From IMG/VR virus record IMGVR_UViG_3300037467_001462, positions 1-64,000 of that record: a stretch of 64,000 nt of DNA; one strand, given 5' to 3'. This DNA is from a virus. Position 1 is the first letter of the stretch; each line of letters starts with the position of its first letter. Shown here piece after piece: positions 36,338 through 45,932 of this stretch. A model generated the notes under the pieces. The model was given only the letters and a program-made list of their open reading frames with translations, was not told the origin of the DNA and ran no database searches. Both the position numbers and the translations under genes were made by a program.

Positions 36338-36441
36338 ACACCCGCCGCGCCATCCGGCACTTCTTCGACGGCCTCGCCTGGGCCATCGCCCTGGGCGCCA
36401 CCTTCGGATTCATCCTCTACCTGCAAGCAGGCGGCCACTGA
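36334..36441 (+). CDS. Small membrane protein (35 aa)
   Basis: GTGA/TGATG coupling on both sides; one TM. Confidence 0.55.
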   Translation: MNTRRAIRHFFDGLAWAIALGATFGFILYLQAGGH

Positions 36442-37289
36442 TGAACGCTCCCCACCCGGAACTCTCCGAACCCCGCCTCACCGTCTACCCAGACATACTC
36501 CAGGGCTCAGACGAATGGCTCGCCCAGCGCCGCGGAATCGTCACCGCCTCAGTCGTCGGCAACCTCATCACCGTCCGAAAGCTGTCCGCGATCGACTACC
36601 CATGCACCGCATGCGGCTCGACAGCGAACGAACCCTGCCGCAGCAAGGTGAGGGCCGACACCGCGATCAAGACCCTCCACACGGAACGCGCCGAACTGGC
36701 ACGCCGCAACCCCGCGAACACCGTGTTCGAAACCGCCAACAACGACACATCCCGCAGCCTCACAGCACTCCTCGTCGCCGAACGCATCACCGGATGGACC
36801 GATCCGACCTACATCAGCGACGACATGCTCAGGGGCTTCGCCGACGAGCCGATAGCGCGCCACATCTACAGCGAGCACTACGGCCCCGTTCACGAAGCAG
36901 GATTCATGGTCCGCGAGTACCAGGGCATCCGAATCGGTTACTCCCCGGACGGACTGGTCGCAGACGACGGGTTGATCGAGATCAAATCTCGGCGACCGAA
37001 GATTCACCTCACGCATGTCCTGTCCGGACAGGTACCAGCCGAAAACATGGCGCAATGCCAAACCGGGCTCCTGGTATCCGGCCGCAAATGGCTCGACTAC
37101 GTCAGCTACAGCGGCGGCATGCACCTGTGGATCAAGCGGGTGTACCCCGATCAGCGGTGGTTCGACGCGATCACCGCCGCGGTCGAAGCCTTCGAGGCGA
37201 ACGCCCGCGAAATGCAACTCCACTACTTCGAGTCTGTCGCCGACTTCCCGATGACAGACCGCATCATCGAGCAGGAAATGGTGATCTAA
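36441..37289 (+). CDS. YqaJ/lambda-exonuclease-family recombination nuclease with zinc-finger insertion
   Basis: QGSDEWL..RRG.VTAS, YSPDGL, IEIKS, QCQ.GL. Confidence 0.9.
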   Translation: MNAPHPELSEPRLTVYPDILQGSDEWLAQRRGIVTASVVGNLITVRKLSAIDYPCTACGSTANEPCRSKVRADTAIKTLHTERAELARRNPANTVFETANNDTSRSLTALLVAERITGWTDPTYISDDMLRGFADEPIARHIYSEHYGPVHEAGFMVREYQGIRIGYSPDGLVADDGLIEIKSRRPKIHLTHVLSGQVPAENMAQCQTGLLVSGRKWLDYVSYSGGMHLWIKRVYPDQRWFDAITAAVEAFEANAREMQLHYFESVADFPMTDRIIEQEMVI

Positions 37290-37291
37290 AA

Positions 37292-37954
37292 ATGGATCTC
37301 ACCGAGACAATCGCACCGAAGTCCGACCAGCTCAACGCCGAAGACCTGTTGAGCGGCCCACGCACCGTGCAGATCGAGAAAGTCAGCAAGGGATCTGCCG
37401 AGCAGCCCGTGAACATCCACCTCGTAGAGTTCCCCGGCCGCCCGTTCCGCCCCTCAAAAACCGTGCGCCGCATCCTCGTCGCGGCATGGGGACCGGACGC
37501 CGCGACCTACGTTGGCCGGCGAATGCTCATCTTCAACGACCCCACCGTGAAATGGGGCGGCCAAGAAGTCGGCGGCATCCGCATCAAGGCACTGTCCCAC
37601 ATCGACAAGCGACTCACCCTCGCCCTCACCGTGACTCGCGGGCAGCGCAAACCGTACATCGTCGAGCCCCTGCCCGCCGGCCCACCCGCGATCACCGATG
37701 CGCAGGTCGACGAGATCGCGGCACGCATCGAAAAGGCCGCCGACCGCGCAGCACTCGACTCGATCGTTGCCGAACTCAAGACGTTCGATCTCGGCCAGCA
37801 CCGGGGCCGCTTGATGCAGCTGTGGAAGGGACGGGTCAACGCCCTCAGCAACGAGGAGTCGGCGCCGCCCGAGGACGACGTCCAGGACGCCCCCAGCTCG
37901 TACTACGAGGATGAGCCGTCGGCCGACGAAGGCATGTTCCCTGATCCTTCCTGA
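37292..37954 (+). CDS. Putative recombination partner (SSAP/SSB-like) of YqaJ
   Basis: KSDQLNAEDL...AWG...VGGIRI motif; acidic tail; position. Confidence 0.6.
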   Translation: MDLTETIAPKSDQLNAEDLLSGPRTVQIEKVSKGSAEQPVNIHLVEFPGRPFRPSKTVRRILVAAWGPDAATYVGRRMLIFNDPTVKWGGQEVGGIRIKALSHIDKRLTLALTVTRGQRKPYIVEPLPAGPPAITDAQVDEIAARIEKAADRAALDSIVAELKTFDLGQHRGRLMQLWKGRVNALSNEESAPPEDDVQDAPSSYYEDEPSADEGMFPDPS

Positions 37955-38024
37955 CCATCTGATTGCCTGGCCCGCACCAAATGTGGTGCGGGCTAGGGCG
38001 ACCACTCCCAGAACCGGAGCAATC

Positions 38025-38717
38025 ATGTCCAGCTGGACCGACATGCCCCTCACGGCGGTTGACACGGAGACGACTGGCGTCGATGTGTTTGCGGCCAAAG
38101 TTGTGACCGCGTGCGTGGTGGACATCAACGGATCCTCAGTCGACGCGCGCAATTGGTTGGCGGATCCCGGAATCGAGATCCCCGCCGGCGCAACGGAAGT
38201 GCATGGCGTCACCACCGAGCACGCCCGCGCACATGGCCGCCCACACGCAGAGGTCGTCGCCGAAGTGGTCGAGGCGATGTATACGGCGTGGGACGCAGAC
38301 CGTGCCGTCGTCATCTACAACGCTGCGTTCGATGCCTCCCTCCTCGCAGCGAACTACCCCGGCTTCGAAGTGCGCGGACTCATCATCGACCCGATGGTGA
38401 TCGACCGAGAATTCGACACCTTCCGGCCCGGCAAACGCACATTGAGCGCCGTCTGCGAGCACTACGGAGTGCGCCTCGATGGCGCCCACAGCGCAGACGG
38501 CGACGCACTCGCAGCCGCACGACTCGCGTGGAAACTGCCACGACGATACCCAGTCCTCGAACTGACCGACGCTGCCGGACTCATGCAGGCCCAAGCCGAA
38601 TGGCACAAGAACCGGCAACTCGACTTCATCGACTACCTCAGCCGCAACCGCAGGCCATTTCACGACGTCTCGATCGAATGGCCCATCCGCTACCCGAAAG
38701 CCCAAGCAGCAGCATGA
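38025..38717 (+). CDS. DnaQ-like 3'-5' exonuclease (DEDDh)
   Basis: DTETTG, YNAAFD, H.A.GD. Confidence 0.9.
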   Translation: MSSWTDMPLTAVDTETTGVDVFAAKVVTACVVDINGSSVDARNWLADPGIEIPAGATEVHGVTTEHARAHGRPHAEVVAEVVEAMYTAWDADRAVVIYNAAFDASLLAANYPGFEVRGLIIDPMVIDREFDTFRPGKRTLSAVCEHYGVRLDGAHSADGDALAAARLAWKLPRRYPVLELTDAAGLMQAQAEWHKNRQLDFIDYLSRNRRPFHDVSIEWPIRYPKAQAAA

Positions 38718-39118
38718 AACTCGCCGACTACATCGACGCCACCCCCGCAGCCGCCAAACTGCGCGACATCCAGGCTGCCGGCGTCGCGCTCACCCGCCTC
38801 GCAACCATCATCCCCATCCCACTCAACACCCTCCACCTGCTCGTGCGGCGTCGACAAAAACTCATCCGCCCCGAACATGCAGCGATCATCGACCGCCTCG
38901 ACATCAACGAGCTGCGCGACATGTTCACCGTCCGGGTCGACGACGAGATCCTGACCGGCATCACCCTCGGGCTACCTGTGACCATCCCGTACGGGCAGAA
39001 AGCGCACTACGCGCGCGAACTCCACGCCCGCGGCTGGGCATTCACCCGCATCTGCCGCACCCTCCGCATGTCCGGCGCCACCGTCCACAAAGCACTCGAC
39101 GCGGAGGTGGCAGCCTGA
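38714..39118 (+). CDS. Putative HTH DNA-binding protein
   Basis: C-terminal GWAFTRICRTLRMSGATVHKAL. Confidence 0.6.
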   Translation: MKLADYIDATPAAAKLRDIQAAGVALTRLATIIPIPLNTLHLLVRRRQKLIRPEHAAIIDRLDINELRDMFTVRVDDEILTGITLGLPVTIPYGQKAHYARELHARGWAFTRICRTLRMSGATVHKALDAEVAA

Positions 39119-39942
39119 TGGTGCAAACCAGAAGCACAGCACCGAAATACGGCCGCTACAGACGTGACAAAGTGCGGGAACTGCGTGTAGCCAAAGGCAT
39201 CCCGCCGACCGTGCCCGTCGAGAAGACCAGCACCCACGTCCAGTGGCTGTCATCAATCGGTTTCAACGACTACGCCATCGCAGCCGCGGCAGGGATCGCC
39301 CAAACAACTGTGTGGGAGATCCGCAACAGAATCTACGAGACCACCCAGATGGATATTGCCGCCCGGATCATGTCGGTCGGTCACACTCCAGTGCCCGCGC
39401 AGGCCCGCTCCCGTGTGCCCGCGTTCGGTGTGCATCGACGGATCCGCGCCCTGTGCGCAATCGGCTGGGGATACACCGAGGTCGGTCGCCGACTGTCCGT
39501 CTCGCATCAGCGGGTCGCCCAGATCGGTGCTTCCGGTCAGATCGACTACGAGACATGGCGTGCCATCGCAGACATCTACGACGAGCTGTCTGGAGAACCA
39601 GGCCCCAGCGCGATCGTACGGAGCCGCGCAGTCAAGAAGGGATGGGCGCCGCCGCTCGCATGGGAAGGCGTCGACATCGACCACCCCGACGCTCGCCCCA
39701 ACCTCGGCGACGACACAACCGCGTCCGACATCGACGAAGTACTCCTCCTCCGAATCCTGCGTGGCGACTACGACGGTGACATCCCGACACCCGAACGCAA
39801 AGCCGTCATCGACCACGCCATCGAACACGGGTGGACGAAATACCGCGTCGCGCAGGTACTCAACCTGAAACCCGCCACAGCCGATCAGGCGCTCATCCGC
39901 CGGCGCCGAGAACTCCGTAAGACCAGGGAGGTCGCCGCATGA
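39118..39942 (+). CDS. Multi-HTH DNA-binding protein
   Basis: IAAAAGIAQTTV and RRIRAL.AIGW motifs. Confidence 0.7.
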   Translation: MVQTRSTAPKYGRYRRDKVRELRVAKGIPPTVPVEKTSTHVQWLSSIGFNDYAIAAAAGIAQTTVWEIRNRIYETTQMDIAARIMSVGHTPVPAQARSRVPAFGVHRRIRALCAIGWGYTEVGRRLSVSHQRVAQIGASGQIDYETWRAIADIYDELSGEPGPSAIVRSRAVKKGWAPPLAWEGVDIDHPDARPNLGDDTTASDIDEVLLLRILRGDYDGDIPTPERKAVIDHAIEHGWTKYRVAQVLNLKPATADQALIRRRRELRKTREVAA

Positions 39943-40676
39943 GCAGAACAGCGCGCGCTTCGAAGCTCTACCGAATCCGGCAAGAACGCGGCGAACCCGC
40001 CACCATGCCCATCCACCTTGTTCGCCAACGCATCGACCAACTGCACAACCTTGGGCTCACCACCCAAATGATCGCCCACGCAGCAAGTCTCGACCTCACC
40101 ACTATCCGCAACATCGAAGACCGCAACACCGATCACGTGCGCATCGAGATCGCCGCCAAAATCTGGAAAGTCGACCACCGCCCGAACCCCAACCAGAAGC
40201 TTGTCCCCGCCATTGGCGCCCGCCGCAGAGTCCGCGCACTCAACGCACTCGGCTGGCCCACAAGCGAACTCGCCGCACGACACGGCCTCAGCAAAGACTC
40301 CTTCAACCAATCACTGCGCTGCAAACACATCACCTACGCCAGCTGGGCCCGCGTCCGCGACCTCTACGACGAACTGTCCGGCACCCCAGGCCCCAGCGAC
40401 ACAAGCCGCAAACGCGCCCACGCCGACGGCCACGCACCACCACTCGCCTGGGAAGGACGTGACATAGACCACCCAGCAGCGCAACCGGACTGGAAAGCCG
40501 CCGGCATCAAACTCGCTGACCGGCCCGTGTGTGTGAACAACCACGAGTACACCCCGGAAAGCACTTACCTCGACACCCGCGGGCACAGGCAATGCCGCAG
40601 GTGTCGCCGCGCAGCCGAAGCGCGCAAAGCTGCCAAGCGCCGCACCGCCGAAGAATCACCCGAAAAGGTTGCATAA
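39939..40676 (+). CDS. Multi-HTH DNA-binding protein, paralog of preceding gene, with C-terminal zinc finger
   Basis: Shared motifs; C..NHEY...RQCRRC. Confidence 0.7.
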   Translation: MSRTARASKLYRIRQERGEPATMPIHLVRQRIDQLHNLGLTTQMIAHAASLDLTTIRNIEDRNTDHVRIEIAAKIWKVDHRPNPNQKLVPAIGARRRVRALNALGWPTSELAARHGLSKDSFNQSLRCKHITYASWARVRDLYDELSGTPGPSDTSRKRAHADGHAPPLAWEGRDIDHPAAQPDWKAAGIKLADRPVCVNNHEYTPESTYLDTRGHRQCRRCRRAAEARKAAKRRTAEESPEKVA

Positions 40677-40907
40677 ATGTGTAATCCATTGCGCCGCACC
40701 GCATTCCAGCTAGACAAACACGGTAAGATCGATACGAATAGGGAACCCGCGAAACCGCGACCAACCCCCTAAACGCAGTACGGGGCGTCCACCTGACAAG
40801 AAGACGCCCCGACCGCAAAAGTGCGCGTACCACCGCGCACAACACCGAGGAAAGCAAGCCCGCACCTCGGTTCACATTCATTATGCCACCCGGAGGTGGT
40901 TCACGTC

Positions 40908-41120
40908 ATGCCGCGCTCTAAAACAGCCGACTACCGGCCCTACGCGCTCGCCGTCCTTACGGCACTCCGCGACCTCGGCGGCCTAGAAGTACTCCATGCG
41001 GACACTCTCGTCGCGCAGCTGCGCATCAGCGGTGGCCTCACCGACACGGAGATCGCCGAAACGCTCGGCGTGCCAGTCGAAGACATCACCCACCCCGCCC
41101 GGCCGGCAACGGCCGCCTGA
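40908..41120 (+). CDS. Small HTH protein
   Basis: GLTDTEIAETLGVP; GGAGG RBS. Confidence 0.65.
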   Translation: MPRSKTADYRPYALAVLTALRDLGGLEVLHADTLVAQLRISGGLTDTEIAETLGVPVEDITHPARPATAA

Positions 41121-41142
41121 GCCGAGAGGAGACGCAGGACCC

Positions 41143-42051
41143 ATGCCGAAGGACAACCGGCCCTTCATCACCGTCGCGGTCGACATGGACCGCAACCCGA
41201 AGTACGCGTCCCTCAACGACGCTCAAAAGTTCCTCATCATCCGGGCGTGGCTGCACTGCGCTGAGTTCCTCACCGACGGGGTCGTGTCGATGCCTGTCTG
41301 GCGCAAACTTGGAACAGATCGGAACAGAAAAGCGATTCTTGCGACCGGCGCGTGTTCTGTAGATGCGGAACAAAACGCGGTGGTGTTCCACGACTACCTG
41401 GAGCATCAGCAAAGCCGCAGCGAAGTCCTTGAACGGAAAGAAAAGGCCAGGTCAGCCGGGCAGAAGGGCGGCCAGGCGAAGGCCGCTAACGCGAGGAAAG
41501 CTACCGGAAACACGGGTAGGTCCGGCCTAGCAACTGCTAGAGATTTTCCTAGCGGATCTGTACCAGAAACAGATATAGATAAAGAAAGAACTACTTACGT
41601 TGGCAGTGCATCTAACGTAAGTAGCGCGCGAGCGTCCGAAATGCCCGACGCCGACGCCATCGCAGCCGCAGTCGAAACCCCCGGCCCCGTCGTGCCCATC
41701 GACGGCCGCCGACTCGTCCGCGCCCACATCTCGCTCGAACACCCGCCAGCCGTGCACACCGAGCTGTCCATCCAAGCCGCAGCCATGCTCAAAGCAGGCA
41801 CCCCGCCCGAGACGATCGAAGCCGCACTCAAGTTGTGGCTCACCAAACCCCAGCTCGGACCGAAAACTCTGCCCTCCCTCGTCAGCGAAGTCATCCGCGG
41901 ACGCAGCCAACAGCCGGCCACGGCTAGCCAGCCCAACGCGGGCGGCACGAACCTCCCGAAGAACGCGACCGGCGCCGAAATCGAACAAGCAGCCGACGCC
42001 GCCCTAGAGCGCGTCCTGCGATCCCTGCGCGACAACCAAGCCACCGCCTAA
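41143..42051 (+). CDS. Replication initiator-like protein
   Basis: FHDYLEHQQSR...AGQKGG motif; upstream of loader and helicase; internal A-rich tract. Confidence 0.7.
   Translation: MPKDNRPFITVAVDMDRNPKYASLNDAQKFLIIRAWLHCAEFLTDGVVSMPVWRKLGTDRNRKAILATGACSVDAEQNAVVFHDYLEHQQSRSEVLERKEKARSAGQKGGQAKAANARKATGNTGRSGLATARDFPSGSVPETDIDKERTTYVGSASNVSSARASEMPDADAIAAAVETPGPVVPIDGRRLVRAHISLEHPPAVHTELSIQAAAMLKAGTPPETIEAALKLWLTKPQLGPKTLPSLVSEVIRGRSQQPATASQPNAGGTNLPKNATGAEIEQAADAALERVLRSLRDNQATA
41480..41625. other. Candidate replication origin inside initiator gene
   Basis: Several CTAG-containing short repeats followed by A-rich AGAAACAGATATAGATAAAGAAAGAA. Confidence 0.4.
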
Positions 42052-42068
42052 CCAGGAGCAGCCCACAC

Positions 42069-42542
42069 ATGCTCGACCTCGCCACCGCCACCAGCATCGC
42101 CGGACGCGTCCTCAAAGAAGCCCGCTACCTCGACAACCGGATCCTCATCGACGACGACTCCATCGCCGCCTGGGGCCGCTGCTTCAACGGCCAAAAAGTG
42201 TTCCCCACCGAAGCGCTCGACGCCGTCCACACCCACTACCGGCAACCCAACGCGTTCCCCATCAAACCCGGCGACATCATCGCCCACTGCGAGACCCAAC
42301 CCGTCTGGTCCTCAGTCGAACACGTACAGCACTTCCTCGACGACTGCCCCCGCTACCCCTACTCGACCGCAATCGAGGACTACGCGGGCGTCAGGCCCCC
42401 CGAAAGCGACATCCCCGACACGGTGCCGCACGACCAACGCCGCCAATACCGGGCAGACGAACTCGCCGAATGGATCAACACCTACCGCGACGAACTCGTC
42501 ACCGCCATCCTCAACCGCAAGCACAAGTCGGTGTACGCATGA
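42069..42542 (+). CDS. Putative helicase loader/inhibitor
   Basis: D.R...AW...AV..HY...P.DI pattern; precedes DnaB. Confidence 0.55.
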   Translation: MLDLATATSIAGRVLKEARYLDNRILIDDDSIAAWGRCFNGQKVFPTEALDAVHTHYRQPNAFPIKPGDIIAHCETQPVWSSVEHVQHFLDDCPRYPYSTAIEDYAGVRPPESDIPDTVPHDQRRQYRADELAEWINTYRDELVTAILNRKHKSVYA

Positions 42543-43879
42543 ACCACGACCACGAAGACGACGCCCCCGAAATCCGGTACGACGAAACCGCCGAAACCGC
42601 ACTCCTCGGCATCGTCATGGGCGCCCCCGACCGCACCCGCGAAACCTTCCTGTCCATCTGGCCCGAAGCCTGGTACGGCACCAAAACCCGCACCCTCGCC
42701 ACCATCCTCACCGCCATGCTCAAAACCGGCGACCACATCGACCCCAACACCGTCGTCGTCGCAGCTCAAAACCAAGGCCACGCAACCAAACTCGACAACG
42801 GCGCATTCATCCTCACCTGCTGGCAGAAAGCAGGCGCCCCCGAATCCGCGCCCATCCTCGCAGAACGCATCCGCAACCTCGCCACCTGCCGTGACCTCCA
42901 CAACGCGGCAGACCGCGTCATGCAACGCGTCCAAAGCTCCTGGACCACAGGCGCTGACCCCGCCGACACCACCGAACACCTCACCTGGCTCAAACGTGAA
43001 CTCGAAGCCATCGAAAACCGCAACACCGACCCCGAACATGACCAAGTCGTCCAAAAATTCGACCAAGCAGTCGAAGACTTCTGGGAATGGCAAAACGCGC
43101 CCGCCGAAAGCCTCGACGCCATCCCAACCCCCTGGCCCGAACTCGACGACCTCCTCGCCGGTGGACTCCACCGCGGACGCTCCTACCTGTTCGCCGGCCG
43201 ACCTGGCGGTGGAAAGAGCTTGGCGCTGTCCAACTTCGCGGGCTACGCATCCGAACGCGGCCACAAAGGACTCCTGTTCTCCGTCGAAATGGGCACCCGC
43301 GAAGTCACCGCACGCATCCTCGCCGCCGCAGCACACGCCGAATACGGGCAAATCACCCGACGCCAAATGGACGACCGCAACCACGCCAAAGTCCTCGACA
43401 AATCCCAGCAAGTCGCCGGCATGCCCCTCTGGATCTGCGACCAAGCCTCACTCACCGTCGACCGCATCCGCAACGAAGCACTCAAACTCAAACGCACCAT
43501 CGGCCTCGACTACGTAGCCGTCGACTACGTCCAACTCCTCCGCGCCACCGACAGTAAACAACCACGCGAACGGCAAATCGCCGACATCTCCCGCAGCCTG
43601 AAAATGCTGTCCAAAGACCTCGACATCGCAGTCCTGTCCGCCTGCCAGCTCAACCGCGGCGCCACCAAAGAAAAACGACCACCCACCATCGCCGAACTCC
43701 GCGAAAGCGGCAGTCTCGAACAGGACAGTGACGTCGTCGTCCTCCTCCACCACCCCGAACGCGAAGACGGATCCCCATCCGGCGAAGTCGAAATGATCGT
43801 CGGCAAAAACCGCACCGGAAAACTCTCGACCATCACCCTCGAATTCCGCGGCTACCAAGCCCGACTCGGAAACCGATAG
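42539..43879 (+). CDS. dnaB: DnaB-like replicative helicase
   Basis: GRPGGGKS, SVEM, VDYVQL, QLNR, LRESGSLEQDSD, KNR.G. Confidence 0.95.
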   Translation: MNHDHEDDAPEIRYDETAETALLGIVMGAPDRTRETFLSIWPEAWYGTKTRTLATILTAMLKTGDHIDPNTVVVAAQNQGHATKLDNGAFILTCWQKAGAPESAPILAERIRNLATCRDLHNAADRVMQRVQSSWTTGADPADTTEHLTWLKRELEAIENRNTDPEHDQVVQKFDQAVEDFWEWQNAPAESLDAIPTPWPELDDLLAGGLHRGRSYLFAGRPGGGKSLALSNFAGYASERGHKGLLFSVEMGTREVTARILAAAAHAEYGQITRRQMDDRNHAKVLDKSQQVAGMPLWICDQASLTVDRIRNEALKLKRTIGLDYVAVDYVQLLRATDSKQPRERQIADISRSLKMLSKDLDIAVLSACQLNRGATKEKRPPTIAELRESGSLEQDSDVVVLLHHPEREDGSPSGEVEMIVGKNRTGKLSTITLEFRGYQARLGNR

Positions 43880-43894
43880 AAAGCGAACGCCACC

Positions 43895-44281
43895 ATGAAC
43901 GACAGCATGAAAACGATCGGCGAACTCCTCGCGCACGACCACAACGTGAACCACTGGGGACCTTGGCGAATCGACCCCACCGACTACAGCGTCTTCCACG
44001 ACGCGCCGCCGATTCCGTACAGCATCCCCCTCGCAGAATGCGCCAACCCCGAGCGTGAACTGTTCTGGATCTACCTGATCGCCGGCAAGCGCTGGTCCCC
44101 GAACCTCCTGCCCGGACTCATCGCCTGCTTCCAAGACGTCCTCCACCCCGACGACGCCGCGAGTTGGGAGCGCCCCACCCAATTCGCCGTCGACTTCGAC
44201 ATGGTCCGAAAGCGGATCGACGCATGGGTTATCGCAGAACATCCCGGCATCGGCGAATACCCGTACGACGCAGCCGAATAG
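43895..44281 (+). CDS. Hypothetical protein
   Basis: ORF with phage codon usage. Confidence 0.65.
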   Translation: MNDSMKTIGELLAHDHNVNHWGPWRIDPTDYSVFHDAPPIPYSIPLAECANPERELFWIYLIAGKRWSPNLLPGLIACFQDVLHPDDAASWERPTQFAVDFDMVRKRIDAWVIAEHPGIGEYPYDAAE

Positions 44282-44350
44282 AAGCCTGCCAGCTGAACGG
44301 GGCGGTCGACGCCGGGCCGCCCCACTGGACCAACCGAAAGCGACCATGAC

Positions 44351-44518
44351 ATGAAACTCATCCCCGCCGACAGCATCACCCCGAACGAACTCGCCGCTCT
44401 CCTCGACCTCGCCAAAACCTTCGAACCCGGCGAACTCCGCACCTTCCTCGAAGCCCTCGTCGCAGGCATCGCCAACAGCCACAACCAGGTCCTCGCGATC
44501 GGATACCCACATGAATAA
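44351..44518 (+). CDS. Small hypothetical protein (MKLIPADS..., 55 aa)
   Basis: Read from sequence; strong C-ending codon bias. Confidence 0.55.
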   Translation: MKLIPADSITPNELAALLDLAKTFEPGELRTFLEALVAGIANSHNQVLAIGYPHE

Positions 44519-44833
44519 CATAAACGGACAGAGTGTCCGGATAGTCGGGACGCAGTTTCGGGCAACGGGTTTTGTTTCCGGTGGGGGAGCGGCTGGGCTG
44601 GAGCGGGCCGGATTGGCGGCTGTGCGCAACGGAGACGGCCGTTCGGGCGCGATCCGACCATGGGTAGCCGAACGGGTGTTCGAGCCCGCAAATCAGGGTC
44701 GGGTTTGCGTCGACCGATTGAATGTGTTCATGCGCTCCTTCCGATCCGCTGACGTCGTCCTCGTTGCGTCGTCGATTCACCTACAGCGATATGCGCATCA
44801 GTTGATAGTGCCTGCGTGTCGGGAGGTTTCAGC

Positions 44834-45118
44834 GTGAGTGAGTGGCGTGTGTTCCGTGAGAAGGGCTTCCGGTACTGGCTCGCCTGGTGCCTCGTCCGTG
44901 TCGCACATCGAGTGAAGGACACGACGTTCTATCAGGTGATCCGCCTGGAAGATGGTCGCGCGCTGATGGTGGACGCGAATGCGTGGGGTGACGGGTTGAG
45001 TCAGGGCCGCGGCATCTTCTGCTTGGAGCCTGACGACCCTGATGCCCTTCCTGCTTTCCGTGAATTCGATGACATCGAAGCGGCTGTCAACTGGTTCTGG
45101 GGAGAGGACGCGGCGTGA
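44834..45118 (+). CDS. Hypothetical protein
   Basis: GGGAGG RBS; coupled to next gene. Confidence 0.6.
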   Translation: MSEWRVFREKGFRYWLAWCLVRVAHRVKDTTFYQVIRLEDGRALMVDANAWGDGLSQGRGIFCLEPDDPDALPAFREFDDIEAAVNWFWGEDAA

Positions 45119-45480
45119 ACACCGAGAAGGTGACCCGTTTCGAGGTGATCGACGAGAACGGCCGCCCGTACGTCCGTTATGGCGTGGCGGTCCGGCTGTT
45201 GGTGCAGGACGACGGGCAGACCTTGAAAGTGTTCGTGCGGAAGCAGGCTGACCCGATCCCTAAGTTCTCCGTGCTGGAGTGGTTCAACATCGCCGGCCGC
45301 GGGCTTATCGCGGCCGTGACTTGGGACAGCTCAATCCATCCGCGCGAACTGGTCGGCAATCAGGTTCGTATTGGCGAGAACGTGTATCACGTCACCGGGG
45401 TTGAAACGTCAGGGCAGCTTCCGCAGCAGGGCCGCGCACAGATTGGACTGCTAGTGCGCGAACAGGAGCAAGCAGCGTGA
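45115..45480 (+). CDS. Two-part protein with C-terminal EF-Tu domain II-like beta barrel
   Basis: FNIAGRG...VGNQVRI...VTGVE...GRAQIGLLVR resembles EF-Tu domain II. Confidence 0.55.
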   Translation: MNTEKVTRFEVIDENGRPYVRYGVAVRLLVQDDGQTLKVFVRKQADPIPKFSVLEWFNIAGRGLIAAVTWDSSIHPRELVGNQVRIGENVYHVTGVETSGQLPQQGRAQIGLLVREQEQAA

Positions 45481-45932
45481 GCGAATGCCCGAAGTGCATC
45501 GAGGCGCTGGACCGTCGCGACCCATTGAACGCTGCGCTACGAGCCCGGTTGCGTGTTCTATGGGCCGCGATGCCGCATCCTATGTGGCCGATCCCCGACG
45601 ACATGCCGCGCCAAACTTGCATCGACTGTCCCGCTTGCGGCGGTCACTACCTCGTCGACGAGGGCGCCGAATGGTGCTTCATGTGCACATGGGAACTCAG
45701 GCAGGTCGAGCAGCATTCCGGGCCGCCAGTCGAGACCGGGTTCAAGGTCGGCGACATGGTTCGCTGGTGCTTCTCCGAGGGACGGATCCGCTACATCGAC
45801 CCCAGCGGGTTTGTCGAAATCCTTTCCGGCGGTTGGACAATCCGCATCCCACACGACGAACTCGACGAGGTGTATCCAGTGCAGGAATGGCAGCCAGGGC
45901 CGTTCTTCGACGAACCAGGAGACAACGAATGA
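45477..45932 (+). CDS. Cys-rich hypothetical protein
   Basis: CPKC, CPAC and CFMC motifs. Confidence 0.6.
   Translation: MSECPKCIEALDRRDPLNAALRARLRVLWAAMPHPMWPIPDDMPRQTCIDCPACGGHYLVDEGAEWCFMCTWELRQVEQHSGPPVETGFKVGDMVRWCFSEGRIRYIDPSGFVEILSGGWTIRIPHDELDEVYPVQEWQPGPFFDEPGDNE

Noticed and set aside
44511-44837. 108-aa ORF MNNINGQ...
   Set aside because: Atypical codon usage and no recognisable RBS or motif; may be intergenic or a remnant
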